This document shows positions 24,001 to 36,699 of a stretch of 64,000 nt of DNA, piece after piece. The notes under the pieces were generated by a model. It saw only the letters and a list, made by a program, of their open reading frames with translations, was not told the DNA's origin and searched no databases. Origin of the DNA: Anthoceros angustus (lineage: Eukaryota; Plantae; Anthocerotophyta); assembly GCA_010909165.1 (NCBI GenBank), contig MU008152.1, positions 572,689 through 636,688 on the forward strand, in the 5' to 3' direction. The translations under genes were made by a program, and so were the position numbers. The first letter of the stretch is position 1. Each line of letters begins with the position of its first letter.

Positions 24001-26800
24001 CGGTCAGTGTGGCGTCGATCCGCCATTCGAAGAATGGTGCGTGTCCTCGAACTTGGTGTATCCTAGTTTGCTGGCGTTTCTTCCATCATCAGTTAACCTG
24101 AGCCGGAGTCGATGGTACCGCCTTATCAAGCATCCGTTCACTTGACCGATATTTCCGCACCCAAATCCATGAGTTCCACAACTCGTACATCCGTAGTCGT
24201 TTCGGTTTCGACATTGAGTCCCTTTCATCGCTTCTCGCATCATCGTCGATACTTGGGGTTGTCGGACAAGAGTTGTCGAAATGTCACAAGGAATTCTTGA
24301 TCCAACGAAGTGCAAAGCGGTGACCTTCTCGGTGAGAGGGTCTTCTCCTCGGCGATTACTTCTTCTTGGTAACCCTCCATCTTTTGTCATCACTCCTCTG
24401 GACCCATGGTTTACGGGGTGCATGTTTCTTTTCTTAGTGAGTTTTAATTCGGCATCGAGCATGCCACCTCTGGCGATGTCGGTCGGTGAAGCCTTTGGAC
24501 CGCCCTCCTCGGCCCCGGTCTCTGGCCGTTTCTTCATCTCTCGATGTCACTTCCTCGGCATTCTTCTTTTCTTTCGGATTCCGCCCATCTCCGAACTTCC
24601 AATTTCGAGCATTCCCCTTGTCGTTGGTGTCGTCCCTCCTTCCGTCTCGACCGAGTGGCGACGTGTGCGACCAACTCGTCTTCTCCGGAGATATGCGAGT
24701 CCACTTCCTGCACTTCCAACCACTCGCCTCCTTGCTCCTCTCCCCAGCGTTCGCCGTCTTCTACTTCCACACCTGGGGTGGGCACAGAGAGGCATCTGGT
24801 TTGGTGGAATCTCTCTGTCACCCAGGTTAGCGAATCGTACCCACAGTGCAGCGAGAATGGTCTTGGGCCCGTACATCTTGCATCTCCGCTATATGACTGG
24901 CGCCTTGCAAACTACGAAGGGGTGTACCCAATCTGTCGCCTTAGTTGGACATGCATTCGCATAATGATCGCGCTACGGTTGTAACAATGGCCGGTACATT
25001 ACAGGGTCGTTGAGAGGATTCGTCGCCATTGATTCGCGATTGCCTTGGACCATACCTCATCCTTTGGGTGATCTTGGGGTTGATAGGTGGCTCTCATGGA
25101 TTGAGGCGGTCGAGCTCACATCACGGCACGCATCGATACACCTCCTCTCACGAATAGTATGGGTCTAGATCGTACTCCACGATTGACCCATCGTGTCTTG
25201 AGACGGCATTCACGTGCGTATGGCTGGTGATGACAATTGCTACAAAGACTTGCTGCCGGGTAGGGAAGGAGATCGTCGCGTCGGTCGATTCTTGACTAAT
25301 TTGATCTCGATGTACGGTTTCATCACGTCTTCCAAATTGTCTTGGTGGGCGACCTTCCATTCGTTTCCCTTTTCCCTTCTCTGAAACCTTCGTGGCGTTT
25401 CTCTTGTCTCTCTCCTTCTTCTTCAGCAAATGTTCCAAGTCTTTTTTCACTCGCTTATGATGTGCTTCTTCCGATTCGCTATCATCCGTCCGGATGTTGA
25501 ATTCTCTTGAGATGATGATGGTTCCGGAGTGTCTTGTCGATTCTTGACGAACTTGAAGGCGATGTCTCTTCCTTTCTTCCTCTTGCCACTCGCTTTCTTC
25601 CGTCTTCTCCTCCGGTAGGCGGCCTCCCATGCTTGTGCTCGAATGCCTTCCTCAAGGTATCATTGCCCTGCGGTGAATCTCCATCTTCGTGGTAGTCCAC
25701 AGACGAACCAATCCAACGCTTGTTCTTCCGAATCGCTTGTGATTCTCCTCCGTGTTGTCCACTCTCGGGTATCTTCTCCAGAAAACCGTTCCACATAATC
25801 GAGCAAGGATTCTTTCTTCTTTCGCTTGTCACAGTTTTGTTAACACATGGGTAGTGTGGCTCAAACCGAACGAATAAGGAAATCAGCCATGCAATGGTGG
25901 GTGGGGTAGAGAACTTCGGCATACCATTGTTGCGGTCCCGCCGATCTGGAAAAATCCATTACCCGATCGAGGAATCCTCGATGTTAGCCCTCGAGATGGA
26001 TTGAAAAGTTTTACAAAACTTTCGGCATCGATGTCGTCCTCCTTCTTGGATCCAAATTTGGGATATGGGGCTTGTGTGCGGGTGATGGGGCTTGCTCCTC
26101 GTCTTGGCTCCTCCCGCTCCGCTCATGGCTATGGGCAAAGGTGTCGATCTTGTCATGAGCCGGGTCTCACTGCAGTAAGTGAGAAACTCGGGCAGCTCTT
26201 GCTCGTGGGTTGTGGACTTGATTGTGTCTTGGCTCGGCTCCCACAATTCTTGCTTCTTCTCTCGCGCCTCGCGCTTACATTCAACTTCCGCTGTCGAGCC
26301 AAATGATCGAGATATTGTCGATTGTAAGTGTCCCAATCCTTGCTCCCTGCTGATGCGATCAACGCCGCCCGTATGGCTGCCTCCCGAGCCCTCTCGGTAA
26401 CAAATTCAGCGTGTCGCTCGTTGACTCCTCGGAGATGATCTCACAAACAAGGCGTTTTCGTCGGGCTCGAGTCGAAAAATCTTCTAAGGTGTCGATTAGA
26501 AGAGGATGCAGTGCGTTCGGACGGGTGGCGGCGGACCACCTACTTCCCTCGAGTCCTTCACACCGTTCGTGGGTGATACTAACTCCAGTCGTGACTCTCG
26601 AAGGGTTCGCAAAGAAATGAGCTCGGCCTCCGTTCTTGGTTCCTCTGTCTTCTTGATGTTCCAAAGTACCACGGCTCCCGTCCGTGGGGTAGGCGCTGTC
26701 GGACCTTTCTCTGCAAAACAATCGAGACAACCTAGCGTGGTGGCGGTGTTGTGCGTCTTCCTCGGCGCGAGCTTCCGCTTCCGCTGTTACACCTCCACTC
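21072..26800 (-). pseudogene. gag-pol, copy 2 (frameshifted; integrase C-terminus missing)
   Basis: Colinear with 10170-16040; e.g. VEADRKDDAPTAAKFLFERIITRYGCPPELVSDRG and YHYAIGAIPSQRDGKKHDRPIFYA. Confidence 0.92.
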
Positions 26801-26951
26801 TAGCCGATGGCTACGGCTAACCTCTCGGGATTGCCTCTATCCGCGTCGATACTCATCCCCGCCCCTTTCGCGCGAGTTGAAAGGGGGTTGATGCAATGTC
26901 CCGTTTACTCCCTCTATCGTCATTCACTCACACACAATCCTCAAGCAGCCG

Positions 26952-26968
26952 TCCCGACAGCAGCGCCA
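26952..26968 (-). promoter_or_regulatory. Primer-binding site (TGGCGCTGCTGTCGGGA)
   Basis: Lies 4 nt after the 5' LTR end. Confidence 0.75.
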
Positions 26969-26972
26969 AAAA

Positions 26973-29900
26973 TGTGGTAGGTTTGCCTCGGTCACCGGAG
27001 CTCGCCTCGGTGGCCACACTTATCCGTCGTTGAATACGTAGGTTCGATCCCAAGAGATTTGGTTCGGATTGTTTGCAGTCGTTCCTCTCACTCTCTCACT
27101 CTCGTCGCCGGTCTACTTGTCCTCGCAGGGCAACAAGCGGTGTTATGCGTTTGGGTTGCTCGGCCCCAGGCGCGCTCCACGCCTTCGAGATTCCCTCCAC
27201 CTCAACACTCTCCTGCCAACTACAACGATCAATTCACTCTACTGGACACACCCATAGCCAACCTCTTCACCATTCTCAAACATAGCTCACGGACCACCAC
27301 ATAGACTCACTTCATTCGATCCCCAAATCTAACTCTACCAGCGTTCGGTTGCGCGCCTCCCTTGCTGGCTGCACAGGGGTGGCTAGCTGGGTATTTCTCT
27401 CGGGCGATTGCGTACGAACACAGCGGCGTGGTAGCGCCGATCCACCGGGGCCACCCAACACAAAGCACATCCAACAACAATCTTTCACGAGAGGAGGAGC
27501 TGCGTTGGCGAACCCCACCGCGAGGGCCTCACGAACCCACCCTTCGCCTTCTCGTCGCTTGGCGCGGCGGTCAGCACACACACAAAGGGATGCCGGGAGG
27601 CGAAGAATGCATGACAAAGCAAGGTCTTGTTTATTCATTCTTCCACCCTCCCTTTTATAGAGTCGCCACTCGTGCTAGTTTAATGCTAGGCGACTTGCCA
27701 AGTCCAACAATAGGACTCTTGTCGGCCCCTTGATTCGTCCTCTCGGCTCGATCCGGCTCACCTTGACGAATATCCTGCTCATCTATCTGCCGCCACTCTT
27801 AAATACTCACACTTCCCAAGGTGTGCACCACTTGGGACAAAACGTCCTCTTGAAAAGGTCCTCGACATCCGTTGTTGCTTTTTTGCCTCGCAGCTTCAAT
27901 GTCTTCCCCTTCGATGGGTCGCTTAGCCTTGCCCACCTCCAGGGAGTCTTCTCCAGGACTCTGCCGGGTAGCACTGCCTACGTCAGCCCCCTCAGCTGGT
28001 AGGTCTTCCACTGTGGTAGGAGGTTCCATTCCTCCTACTCGTTCATCCTCAGTAGGTTCCTCCCCTACTGTTCTCGTCTTCTTGGTAGGCGGTTCGTCTC
28101 CTACCTCTGTTTCAGACCTTGCTATGGGGGTACCTTCCCTCACAGCCTGGGTTTCGTAGACCGGAGGTACCCTTCCTTCCGGGGTCACCTCCTCCTCTTC
28201 AACAGTTCCTACCTGAGTAGGAACTTTGGTAGGTACCATCCTACCATCAGTCTCTTCCTCCCCGCTTGATAGCTCCACCGTCTCGGGAGGTTCCACTGGC
28301 GTCGCCGTAGGTGCTTCTTGACTCGCTCGCTCGGCTATGTCCTGACTGCTTTCCTTGTACCAACTCAAAGTTTGACCTCCGTTTTCTTCCACCAAGCGTC
28401 GAGCGTGAGGTCTGCTTTCTTCGTCTTCCTCGTAGCGTTCCTCAATCGCTTCTAGGAGGTTGTTGTAGTAGGTCGCCACCCTACCACTCTCCTTCTTTTG
28501 TCGTCCATGATGCGGACCCTTAGTGGGATGACCTTTTCGTCCCACGATTTGTCACTCCTACCAATGCGGCCTCTTTCTCCACTACTCTCCAACTCAGGCA
28601 AGCCTCCCAATCTCCTTATCTTTCTCCATGGCTTCCATCGCCATGCGTTTCACTATAAGATCGCTCCTTGCTCCTCGAATGACCAAGACCCTCCAAAGAT
28701 CGTTGGGCCATCAAAACTTCCTTCCGTTCCTTGCCTCCGTTTCATAGGCGTGGGTAAGGTCGGCCTTCTTCGTTCTTTGCTCCAAAAGTTCTCTCGTGTC
28801 TGAAGCTCCTCTTTGTGACCCTTAGTCACATTGTCCCATCCTTGTCGTTCCTTCACCAAGGTCGTATTTTCCCTTGTAATGCTCCTTCCGTTGCTCCATG
28901 GCAACTTCTTCTTCGTAGGAGGTCCTTCTCGTCTTCAAGGTCCGGCCTTGCTATGAATCTGCCTCCTCCTTGCTCGATGTGTCCTACCCTTGCTAGGGTA
29001 GCTTCCAACTTCCTTCCGCCTCCTTCTGGCGGTTTCCAACTCCTCGACCCTCTTGGCTGATTTTGCCTCTGTCCTAAGACACGGTCAATCATTTCCCACA
29101 CATTCACCAACTTGGTGGTCATCTGTCGCTCTTTGGCGGATCTAGCAGTGTTGCTTCTCGGAGGTGGTTTTGAGCTCCTCTCAATTTCTTCTCGGCATCC
29201 TCCGGCTCCTTTCGTAGGTCTCGAAGTTCGGACGAACTTGGCCACCTCCCCACGGTCCACTAGGGCGTCCATAGATCCTGCGCCCACTTCCTTCACTCCA
29301 GAACTACCCTCACAGGGATGCGTTCTCGAACACTTCCTCCTTCCGCCTCCTCCTTTGGTCGTAGGAACATGCTCATAACCTCCTCGGCGTTCTTCTCCGT
29401 CACCTGCCTCAAGTCTTGTTACTACTTCTTCGGTAGGAGGTAAAGCTCCTACCGTAGGTCCTCCGTCCTCCCTGGGTCCTACCGTAGGGGGTTCACTCCC
29501 TACCACTGGTGTTGTCGGCCTTCCAATCCTCAACCCTCTGGTAGGTGGTCTCGTATCCTTTCCTCCTTCCTCCGTAGGAGGTGCTTCTATGGCCTTCTTC
29601 CCTTTCTCTTGTTGGGTTCCTGATCCTGAGGCCTCATGTTGGTTCGCGGGGCGTGGCGGTCTCTTGCCCAGGGGCCTCTGTCCTGTCTCTTCATCCTCTG
29701 GGGCCAGCGATGGCTCCCCCTCCGCTACCCTTACCAGAGTAGCTTCTATCTTGGCTTCTTCCACTCGTCATGTAAGAACCTCCTCCCCTCGATATAGGTG
29801 TACGAGGAAGGTAGAGACAAAGCGATTCTTGCTCCTCCATCACCAAATGGTTTGTGCGCGCTTCATCTGAATGGTGGCCCAATCCACCAACTTCCCCGAG

Positions 29901-31337
29901 ACATCTCATACATCATCATTAAATGGGAATTTCCAGTCGTCTTCCTCGCCGCGCCGTTAGTCCCAGCCATATCTTGGCGAATAAATTCCACTTCCGCTCC
30001 TTGAACAAAGAGATCCTCCAGCCATTGCCTTGCGACCATACTTCCTCCTTTGGTCGTAGGAACATGCTCATAACCTCCTCGGGATCGATTCTTGGAGGCG
30101 CGAATGATCCCTCCCTTGTGGGCTTCCGGTATCAAATCGTATCCGGAAATGCCGTACCTTCCACATCCCGGGATGACTTGATGTCGCATCCTCAGGCGGC
30201 GTCCGCCTTGGTCACTCTCATTCGTCGCGCACACTCGAACCAAGGCGGGGCTCAAAGTGCCACCAGGTACCAAATCTGACCATTCCATCTTCATCTCGGG
30301 CGTGGCTCGAGCGCCTCAAATCTCGAGGTGAAATTTGGGCGGCCTACACTCGAACTTCGGGGTGGGTGTTTCTTACCTTTTCCCTTGTGGGCGGTGTGGC
30401 GGAGGTTTCCTCCCGTGGGAGTACCCCGTTCCCGTCCTCACTATCTTTACCATCCGCAGGGAGCACACACAAGGATAGCAAAATTGGAGAGATTGGAGTA
30501 ATCTATCGGGCTAAGAGAGAGAGCAAAGAGGTGGTGGTTTGGGTGAGCAGCAAGGGGAGTTCTTCCGCCTCCTCGGCGATCGCCTCAACGCAACCACTAA
30601 GAGGTGGCCTTGGCCCCTTCAATCTCCCTCCAGAACTTCTCCACCTTGCTCGCCTTTTTGGCGTCGGTAGCCTTCTTGCTCACCCCTCGGCGCCTCTACA
30701 CAATCGCCTCCGCTCGAGCACCTCCACTCGCCTTGCGGATCCCTCCGAACTCCTTTCCAATCGCTCATGCCCAGCTAGCTCCGCCTCCTCCTCCTTCCTC
30801 CGCTCCTTGAACAAAGAGATCCTCCAGCCATTGCCTTGCGACCATACTTCTTCCTTCCTTCTTGAGCGCAACTCCACCTCCCCTGGGCGCCCGACTGCGG
30901 TTCGCTGGCGTTCAAAACCACAGCTAACGAGTTTGCGGTACATGCAAATCGCCTTAATGGCGCTCCTCACGATGGTTGTGTCCGGTTCAAAACTCCACGT
31001 AGCCATTTTCCATCTACAACTTAACTAGCCCTTTTTGGCATATATAGCCATGCAGAACCTAAATAATTCAAGGCCAAGGAACTTCCTATCCCGAATATTC
31101 CTACTCCCCATGGTCCAAGGAACTTTGGAACCTATCATGCCTATATATGCTTCTATCTACCCATACTTTCTACCCGATCGAACCTCCTACGACGCCTGAT
31201 TCTTAAGTCCCGAACTCCCTGACGTCCTACCATCTTCCTACTTGTTCTATCGACCTACCTACTACCTACGCCTCGAACCACGATTCATCCTTCAAGGTCT
31301 CCGCGCGTCTTGGGTGACCAAAATTCTTCGTTCCACA
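26973..31337 (-). repeat. 5' LTR (4365 bp)
   Basis: tgtggtagg...ttccaca followed by the TSD gtcat. Confidence 0.92.
27635..31006 (-). pseudogene. U3-encoded accessory ORF, copy 3
   Basis: ORFs 30680-31006 (MATWSFEPDTTIVRSAIKAICMYRKLVSCGFER), 28853-29764 (303 aa) and 27799-28545 (248 aa) are colinear pieces. Confidence 0.7.
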
Positions 31338-31342
31338 GTCAT

Positions 31343-31560
31343 GCTCCAGTTGCCCTTACCATTCGTGAATCCTCACAACGCCCCGTTAAGCTGTGGATGC
31401 TTGTGACCATGCACTCGACAAAGAATAAGAATCGGATAGGCGGTCGTCGTAAACTAAAGATGCTCGCCCTCTCAATCCAACTTCTATGGTTCTGATGAAT
31501 TGAGAGTGCAGAAAACTTCACCCATCACGCGCCAACTTCACTTCCCGCATGAGGTTGCGA
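31343..31560 (-). pseudogene. 5' part of the MULE-like ORF interrupted by the gypsy tandem
   Basis: The frame of ORF 31339-31521 continues across the collapsed GTCAT TSD into 5441 (…RCEDSRMVRATGA*LVKTV*GSIKHGEVVVFACSLIG). Confidence 0.35.
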
Positions 31561-31810
31561 TGCGGTGATTGTCGCTTGCTCCCTCGTTCACCTATTCTCC
31601 TTCATAAGCTCGTATTGCTCGAGTTGCGGATGCGCATGTGTTGGACGCTATCAACCACCCTCCTATATCAATCTGCGAGTACTCTGCTTTTTGTTGGGAC
31701 TCGAACTCAACTGAGACCAGCCCGTTTCTGTGCACACCTCTGTCCACTCCGCACAGTTTGCATGCACAACCTACCTACACGAAATCGTACGAAACTAGAA
31801 ACCTCATCTC

Positions 31811-31828
31811 CACACCCCCTCCCCCCCG
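31811..31828 (-). promoter_or_regulatory. PPT-like tract followed by TGTG (candidate 3' LTR start of the PHD-gypsy)
   Basis: CGGGGGGGAGGGGG-TGTGGAG, ~155 bp downstream of the pol stop. No partner LTR is in the window to confirm it. Confidence 0.45.
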
Positions 31829-31980
31829 CTTACAAATTCGCCACAAAAATCCTTCTACACTCATCTCCGTGCTACACCGCTATCGCCCCATACTCTCACA
31901 AACGCCCCTAAACTCCTCACGCTCTCACGCATCTATATTGCCTGCATGAATCATAAACGGGCTTTATACGCCTGATAACC

Positions 31981-34420
31981 CTAACGACACTCAGTTTGGG
32001 AACCCGCATCGGTGGCATGCCGTACGTTTGGCCCCCCAGCCTTTTGACTTGCTTGTTGTGCGATGCACCGGTGACAAAACCATTCACCTTCCGGAATCGC
32101 CTTGAGTGGTGGCCGTAAGCAAAACACATGATAACCTTCATTACACTTGTCACACGGATCTATGACATGACCGCAAAATTCACAGGGTAGGTCAATTGGC
32201 GACTTCCACGCCTGCGGTTGTGTCCTCGTGTAAAGGTTGGGAAGGTGGCAAGGTGCCAAGTGACGCATGTGCCCTTTGCATTGGCATCCATCCTTGCCTT
32301 CCAACTCAATCACTCCTTGTTCGCCGACGTTTACAACCCGCAAAATCAAACGCCCTATGTTTACATCCAAAGTACCAGAAGGTCGATGTTGCAAGCATAT
32401 GAAGTCACCCACTTCAAACTTTCTTGCCTTGGGTTTCCATGAACCCCCTCTCGTGAACGCATACCTGAGCTGATCCTGGTGTAATGCGATGGCCAAGTTG
32501 TCCATCACCATCGGGATCATATGTTGAAGTAGCTTGGCTCTTTTCTATAGTTCCGAGAAGCATTCCTCTGGATCCTGTGCCCAATCCACAGGTCTGGAAT
32601 AGGTATCCGCCACAATATTTGGCAACGAGGCATTCCTGCCAAACATGTAGTATGGGCTAAAATCACCCAGTGCCGCTTGCACACTGATTTTGTATCCCAA
32701 TGAAACATATGGCAACAACTCATCCCAGCAACTGCGTTCAACCTCCGTACAATACTTGCGAAGAGAATCTTTGAAAGTCTGAGATAGCCGTTCCGCCAAG
32801 CCATCAGCTTGAGGATGGTCTCGAGATGTGCGTCTGTGGTCTATCAAACTTCTGTCTAACAGTGCTTGAAATTCACCCCGAAATTCATTGCCTTGATCAA
32901 TTAATACTTCGGCACAACTCCCATACCTGCTGAGAACACATTGCAGAAATCCTCGAGCCGTACACTGTGAGGTTCTGACCGGAAGAAAAGCCAACTCTAC
33001 CCATTTCGAGAAGTTTTCTATCATCAACATGCAGTGCTTGTTACCCTGTCTTGTCACCGGCAACTCAGGCATCAAATCAACGGACCATCTAAAGAAAAGT
33101 CCCCTAATGGGCAGCGAGTGCAACACCACATCCTGGCTGTTAAATCTTGCTTTCACCGCATAAGATCTGGCCACCACTTGTTCAACGTCAGTATACATGC
33201 CTGACTAGAAGTATGCATTTTTCAGCATATGATGTGTTCGTTTCACACCAAAATGCCTTGGCGTTCTATGCATCTTGGTCACCAATTGCTTCCTTTCTTC
33301 CACAGGTGGTACCTCCTTGCTTACCCCACGATCGGCCCCGAACACCTTACCAGCAATGAGTATAACGAGCAATACTTCGTTGGAGCTTCTGAAGCGCTGC
33401 CACATCCAAACCGGCCACATGTCTGTCTCTTAGCAACTGCATGGCCTGCTCGTGCTTCCATATGTCTCGTCCACCCTCAGCAAGTTGTCCTTCACTTTCT
33501 TGCTCCATGGACAGCAGCGCTATATATAAGTGGATACATTCTGAGTGAATTTGAAATCTTGTCGTGCCCCAGTTACATCCCCTTTATTGCACACTGGGTT
33601 CCTGCTGAGTCCGTCAGCGTTGAGATGTACCGTACCTGCTTGGTGTATAATCTGCATATCATACTCTGAGAGTAAAAGTGCCCATCCGGCAAGCTTTCCG
33701 CTTAGTTTCATGTTCGTCATCAGCTAGTGCAATGGCTGATGATCAGTAACAACCTGAAAACTTTGACCAAACAAGTACACTTTGAAATGCACACCAAGAC
33801 GTCATCAATGTAGCATCTTACAAATGATAGCCCCTGTAATTCTAAATCAGCTACCCGTTGAAAATATATGGATGCATTCTTTAGGCCAAACGACATTGTT
33901 TTCCACTCCCAAAGCTGTTCCTTGCCCATAATGCTGTCTTACATTTTTCTCCTTCCTCAATGACAATTTGATTGAAGCCAGACTGAAAATCCAACGTGGT
34001 GAAGTACTTGGCCTCCCCAATTGCATCAAAAATCTCGTCAGGAGTGGGCATGGGGTATCGTTCCATGGGTGTCACTTCATTTAGGGCACGGTAATCTCCA
34101 CACATTTGCCTGTCCTTCCATTCACCATTTTCGTCCTTCTTGAGTGGCAACATAGTGGCTACATCATATTGAGAACTCGAATTCCGATCAGCCCAGCTAC
34201 AGCCAGCTCCTTGCATCGTTTATCCACGATATCCCATTCCATGGGGCTCAACTTTTGTCTCCTCCTGAATACAGGCTCATTAGTGGTGGTTATGATCTTG
34301 AACTTTATATGGTCATATCGCCCCAGTTTGTCCCAATTGAATGCAAAGGTGTTTCGATTTCTTTGAAGCATGTCCCGGATCCTTTGCTAGTTGGCCTCAT
34401 CTAACTCTTCGCATATTTGC
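31981..34420 (-). pseudogene. Ty3/gypsy pol fragment (RT, RNase H end, integrase) with a C-terminal PHD finger
   Basis: RT MCGDYRALNEVT...YFTTLDFQSGFNQ...MSFGLKNA...YIDDVLV; RH VVTDHQPL..WALLLSEYD..NADGLSR; INT WSVDLM...IDQGNEFRGEF...HPQADGLAER; PHD CEFC-x6-CDKCNEGYHVFCLRPPLKAIPEGEWFCHRC at 32065-32184. Confidence 0.92.
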
Positions 34421-35038
34421 CAGCCGTGTACCGGGTTCATGTTATTTCCGCCTTGCTGTTGAGGAACTGCCCCTGCAGTGTTTGCAGTATGAACCATTTT
34501 GCATCGTTCAGCTGGGAAATCGCTTTCTTCACCAAGCATTTGTAAATACTTCCTGCGTTCCACACGACATGTGACACATACAAATAGAGATAGAGATCAT
34601 ACTGTATACATGGGGTAATCGTAGAGACCACCTAGGGCAGACGTCCGTGGCGAGCGATTTCAACTCTAATTTAAGACATCTAACAGTTACCCAACCGGGC
34701 TACGAATGAATGAAACTTATGAGACAAAATGAGAATTTATGCCCCTCAAGATTCAGAGATACCAGACCATAGGAGGCCAACGTTAACAGATCCCAAAAAG
34801 CACCTAGAAACGACACTAGAAGGTGCAGTTCATTTAGCTTTTCACACTCCAGAAGATGCAGAATATTGTACAATCTTCTACAACTTCCACATGTGGCTTC
34901 AGATTCGTGTGTCCTACACCTCATGGCACACTTTCATGAGGATCAAAGGAAATGTCATTGGCTTAGTGATAAAAAGTTTCACATTATGCTAACCTTAAGT
35001 TGTAAGGAGAGATCGAGATTGATCATAGGACAAATGCA

Positions 35039-35301
35039 GGCCTAGTTTATATAAGCACTAGTCAACCATAGGGGTTGTCACAAATATATATCAAAATATA
35101 TCTTTAAATATTTTAAATATATGTGTATTATCAATAAAAATAAAAGTCAAAATTATGAATATGAAAGTGATTATGAGTCAAATCTTGGCCTAGTTTATAT
35201 AAGCACTAATCAACCATAGGAGTTGGCACAAATGTATGTCAAAACATATCTTCAAAGATTATATATATATGTATTATCAATGGAAATAAAAGTCAAAATT
35301 A
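35039..35301. repeat. ~149-bp tandem duplication, AT-rich
   Basis: ggcctagtttatataagcacta.tcaaccatagg at 35039 and 35188. Confidence 0.85.
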
Positions 35302-35376
35302 GGACATGCCACCCTCATCTTGGGAGCAGGTGCAGAGGAGAAGTCATTCACTTCAGCCACGATCTTAAGGAATTTT

Positions 35377-35668
35377 GATTTAAGATCTACATGCAACTTC
35401 AAATATTTAGACTTCCATGTCGTTGATTTAAGATCTACATACAACTTCAAATATAGACTTCCATGTCGATGATTTAAGATCTACGTAATCCAACTTCAAA
35501 TATTTAGACTTCCATGTCGTTGATTTAAGATCTACATGCAACTTCAAATATTTAGACTTCCATGTCGATGATTTAAGATCTACGTAATGCAACTTCAAAT
35601 ATTTAGACTTCCATGTCGATGATTTAAGACCTACGTAATGCAACTTCAAATATTTAGACTTCCATGTC
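35377..35668. repeat. 46-51-bp tandem repeat x6
   Basis: Unit gatttaagatctac(gta)atgcaacttcaaatatttagacttccatgtcg(t/a)t. Confidence 0.95.
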
Positions 35669-36699
35669 TACATGTCTCGGAGTCGAATAATATGGTGTAA
35701 TGGTCATGAGACTAGGTCGGGTGAGCCCGCGCGCGAGAGCAGTTCCACACGAAAAGAGCTGCTTGCTTAAGTTGAGCCGTGGGCTTTGTACAATGGAGGG
35801 GCGCAATAACGGGCCCTGGTTACGCCATTTACCTGGCGCGTATTCACGGCCCGTGATCCTAGCTGCTCTTCTACCCGTGATCGGCGTTAGGTAACTTAGG
35901 CTGCAGACCAGTCACTCAAGCGGGTTATCGAATCAAGTGGTCGTAAAGTCGCGGCCTCGTCTGGGGCCTCGACGCGCCCAGTTGATTTTTTTTCGGGGTA
36001 GTGGAGGTGAATTTTTAGAGAGAGAATTGACCTTTTGGTCATTTTTTTACCCAATATAGTAAAATTCATTACAATATAGTGAAAAACATGCCAAGTGGAG
36101 TGAAAATGATCTACCATCAAGGTAGAAAATAGAGCACTAGAGTAGAAAAAATGACGACCAAGTGAATACCAGGTGCATCTAGTAGAAGCTCATTCTAGAA
36201 ATCCCATCAAAATCGCTAATCGACAAAACATTTTTCTTAAATAATATTCATGCGGATCCGTGGATATACAAAACCAACAAGAAACCTTTTCTTTGCAGAG
36301 TTTCGATATCCGTAATGGCATGAAATACAAATTCAACTAATGAAGAGTAAATACCAATAGATTGAACTCGCTTCAACAACAATGAAACCTACAAACAAAA
36401 CGAAAATTAGCACCCAAACCGTAATTAGGCTACTAGAAAACACCGGAAATAATCATAACAAATACTTACAATGATACTCACCTTATTTTGGGAAATTAAC
36501 GTAATTATATGATTGAAAATGTAATTTTCACGACCACTTGGCTTGATTGGCACTTGTACAAGATTATCATAATTGGCAACCAATTGATGAAGCGAGGACT
36601 TGACGAAATTGTCCCTTCAAGGTCACAACCTAATAAACACAACCATTAATTTTCAATCTATTAAAATAAAGAGCATAATAAAACTTACCAATCTCGACG

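Larger units (their letters stand above)
5447..31337 (-). mobile_element. Ty3/gypsy non-chromovirus (Athila/Phygy/Selgy-like) LTR retrotransposon, tandem dimer with a shared central LTR
   Basis: TGTGG...CCACA termini; 5-bp TSD GTCAT at 5442-5446 and 31338-31342; three LTR copies, two gag-PR-RT-RH-INT internal regions, two PBS and one intact PPT. Confidence 0.93.

Noticed and set aside
34437-34992. Short ORFs right of the PHD-gypsy RT
   Set aside because: No recognisable gag, protease or other motif; left unannotated.
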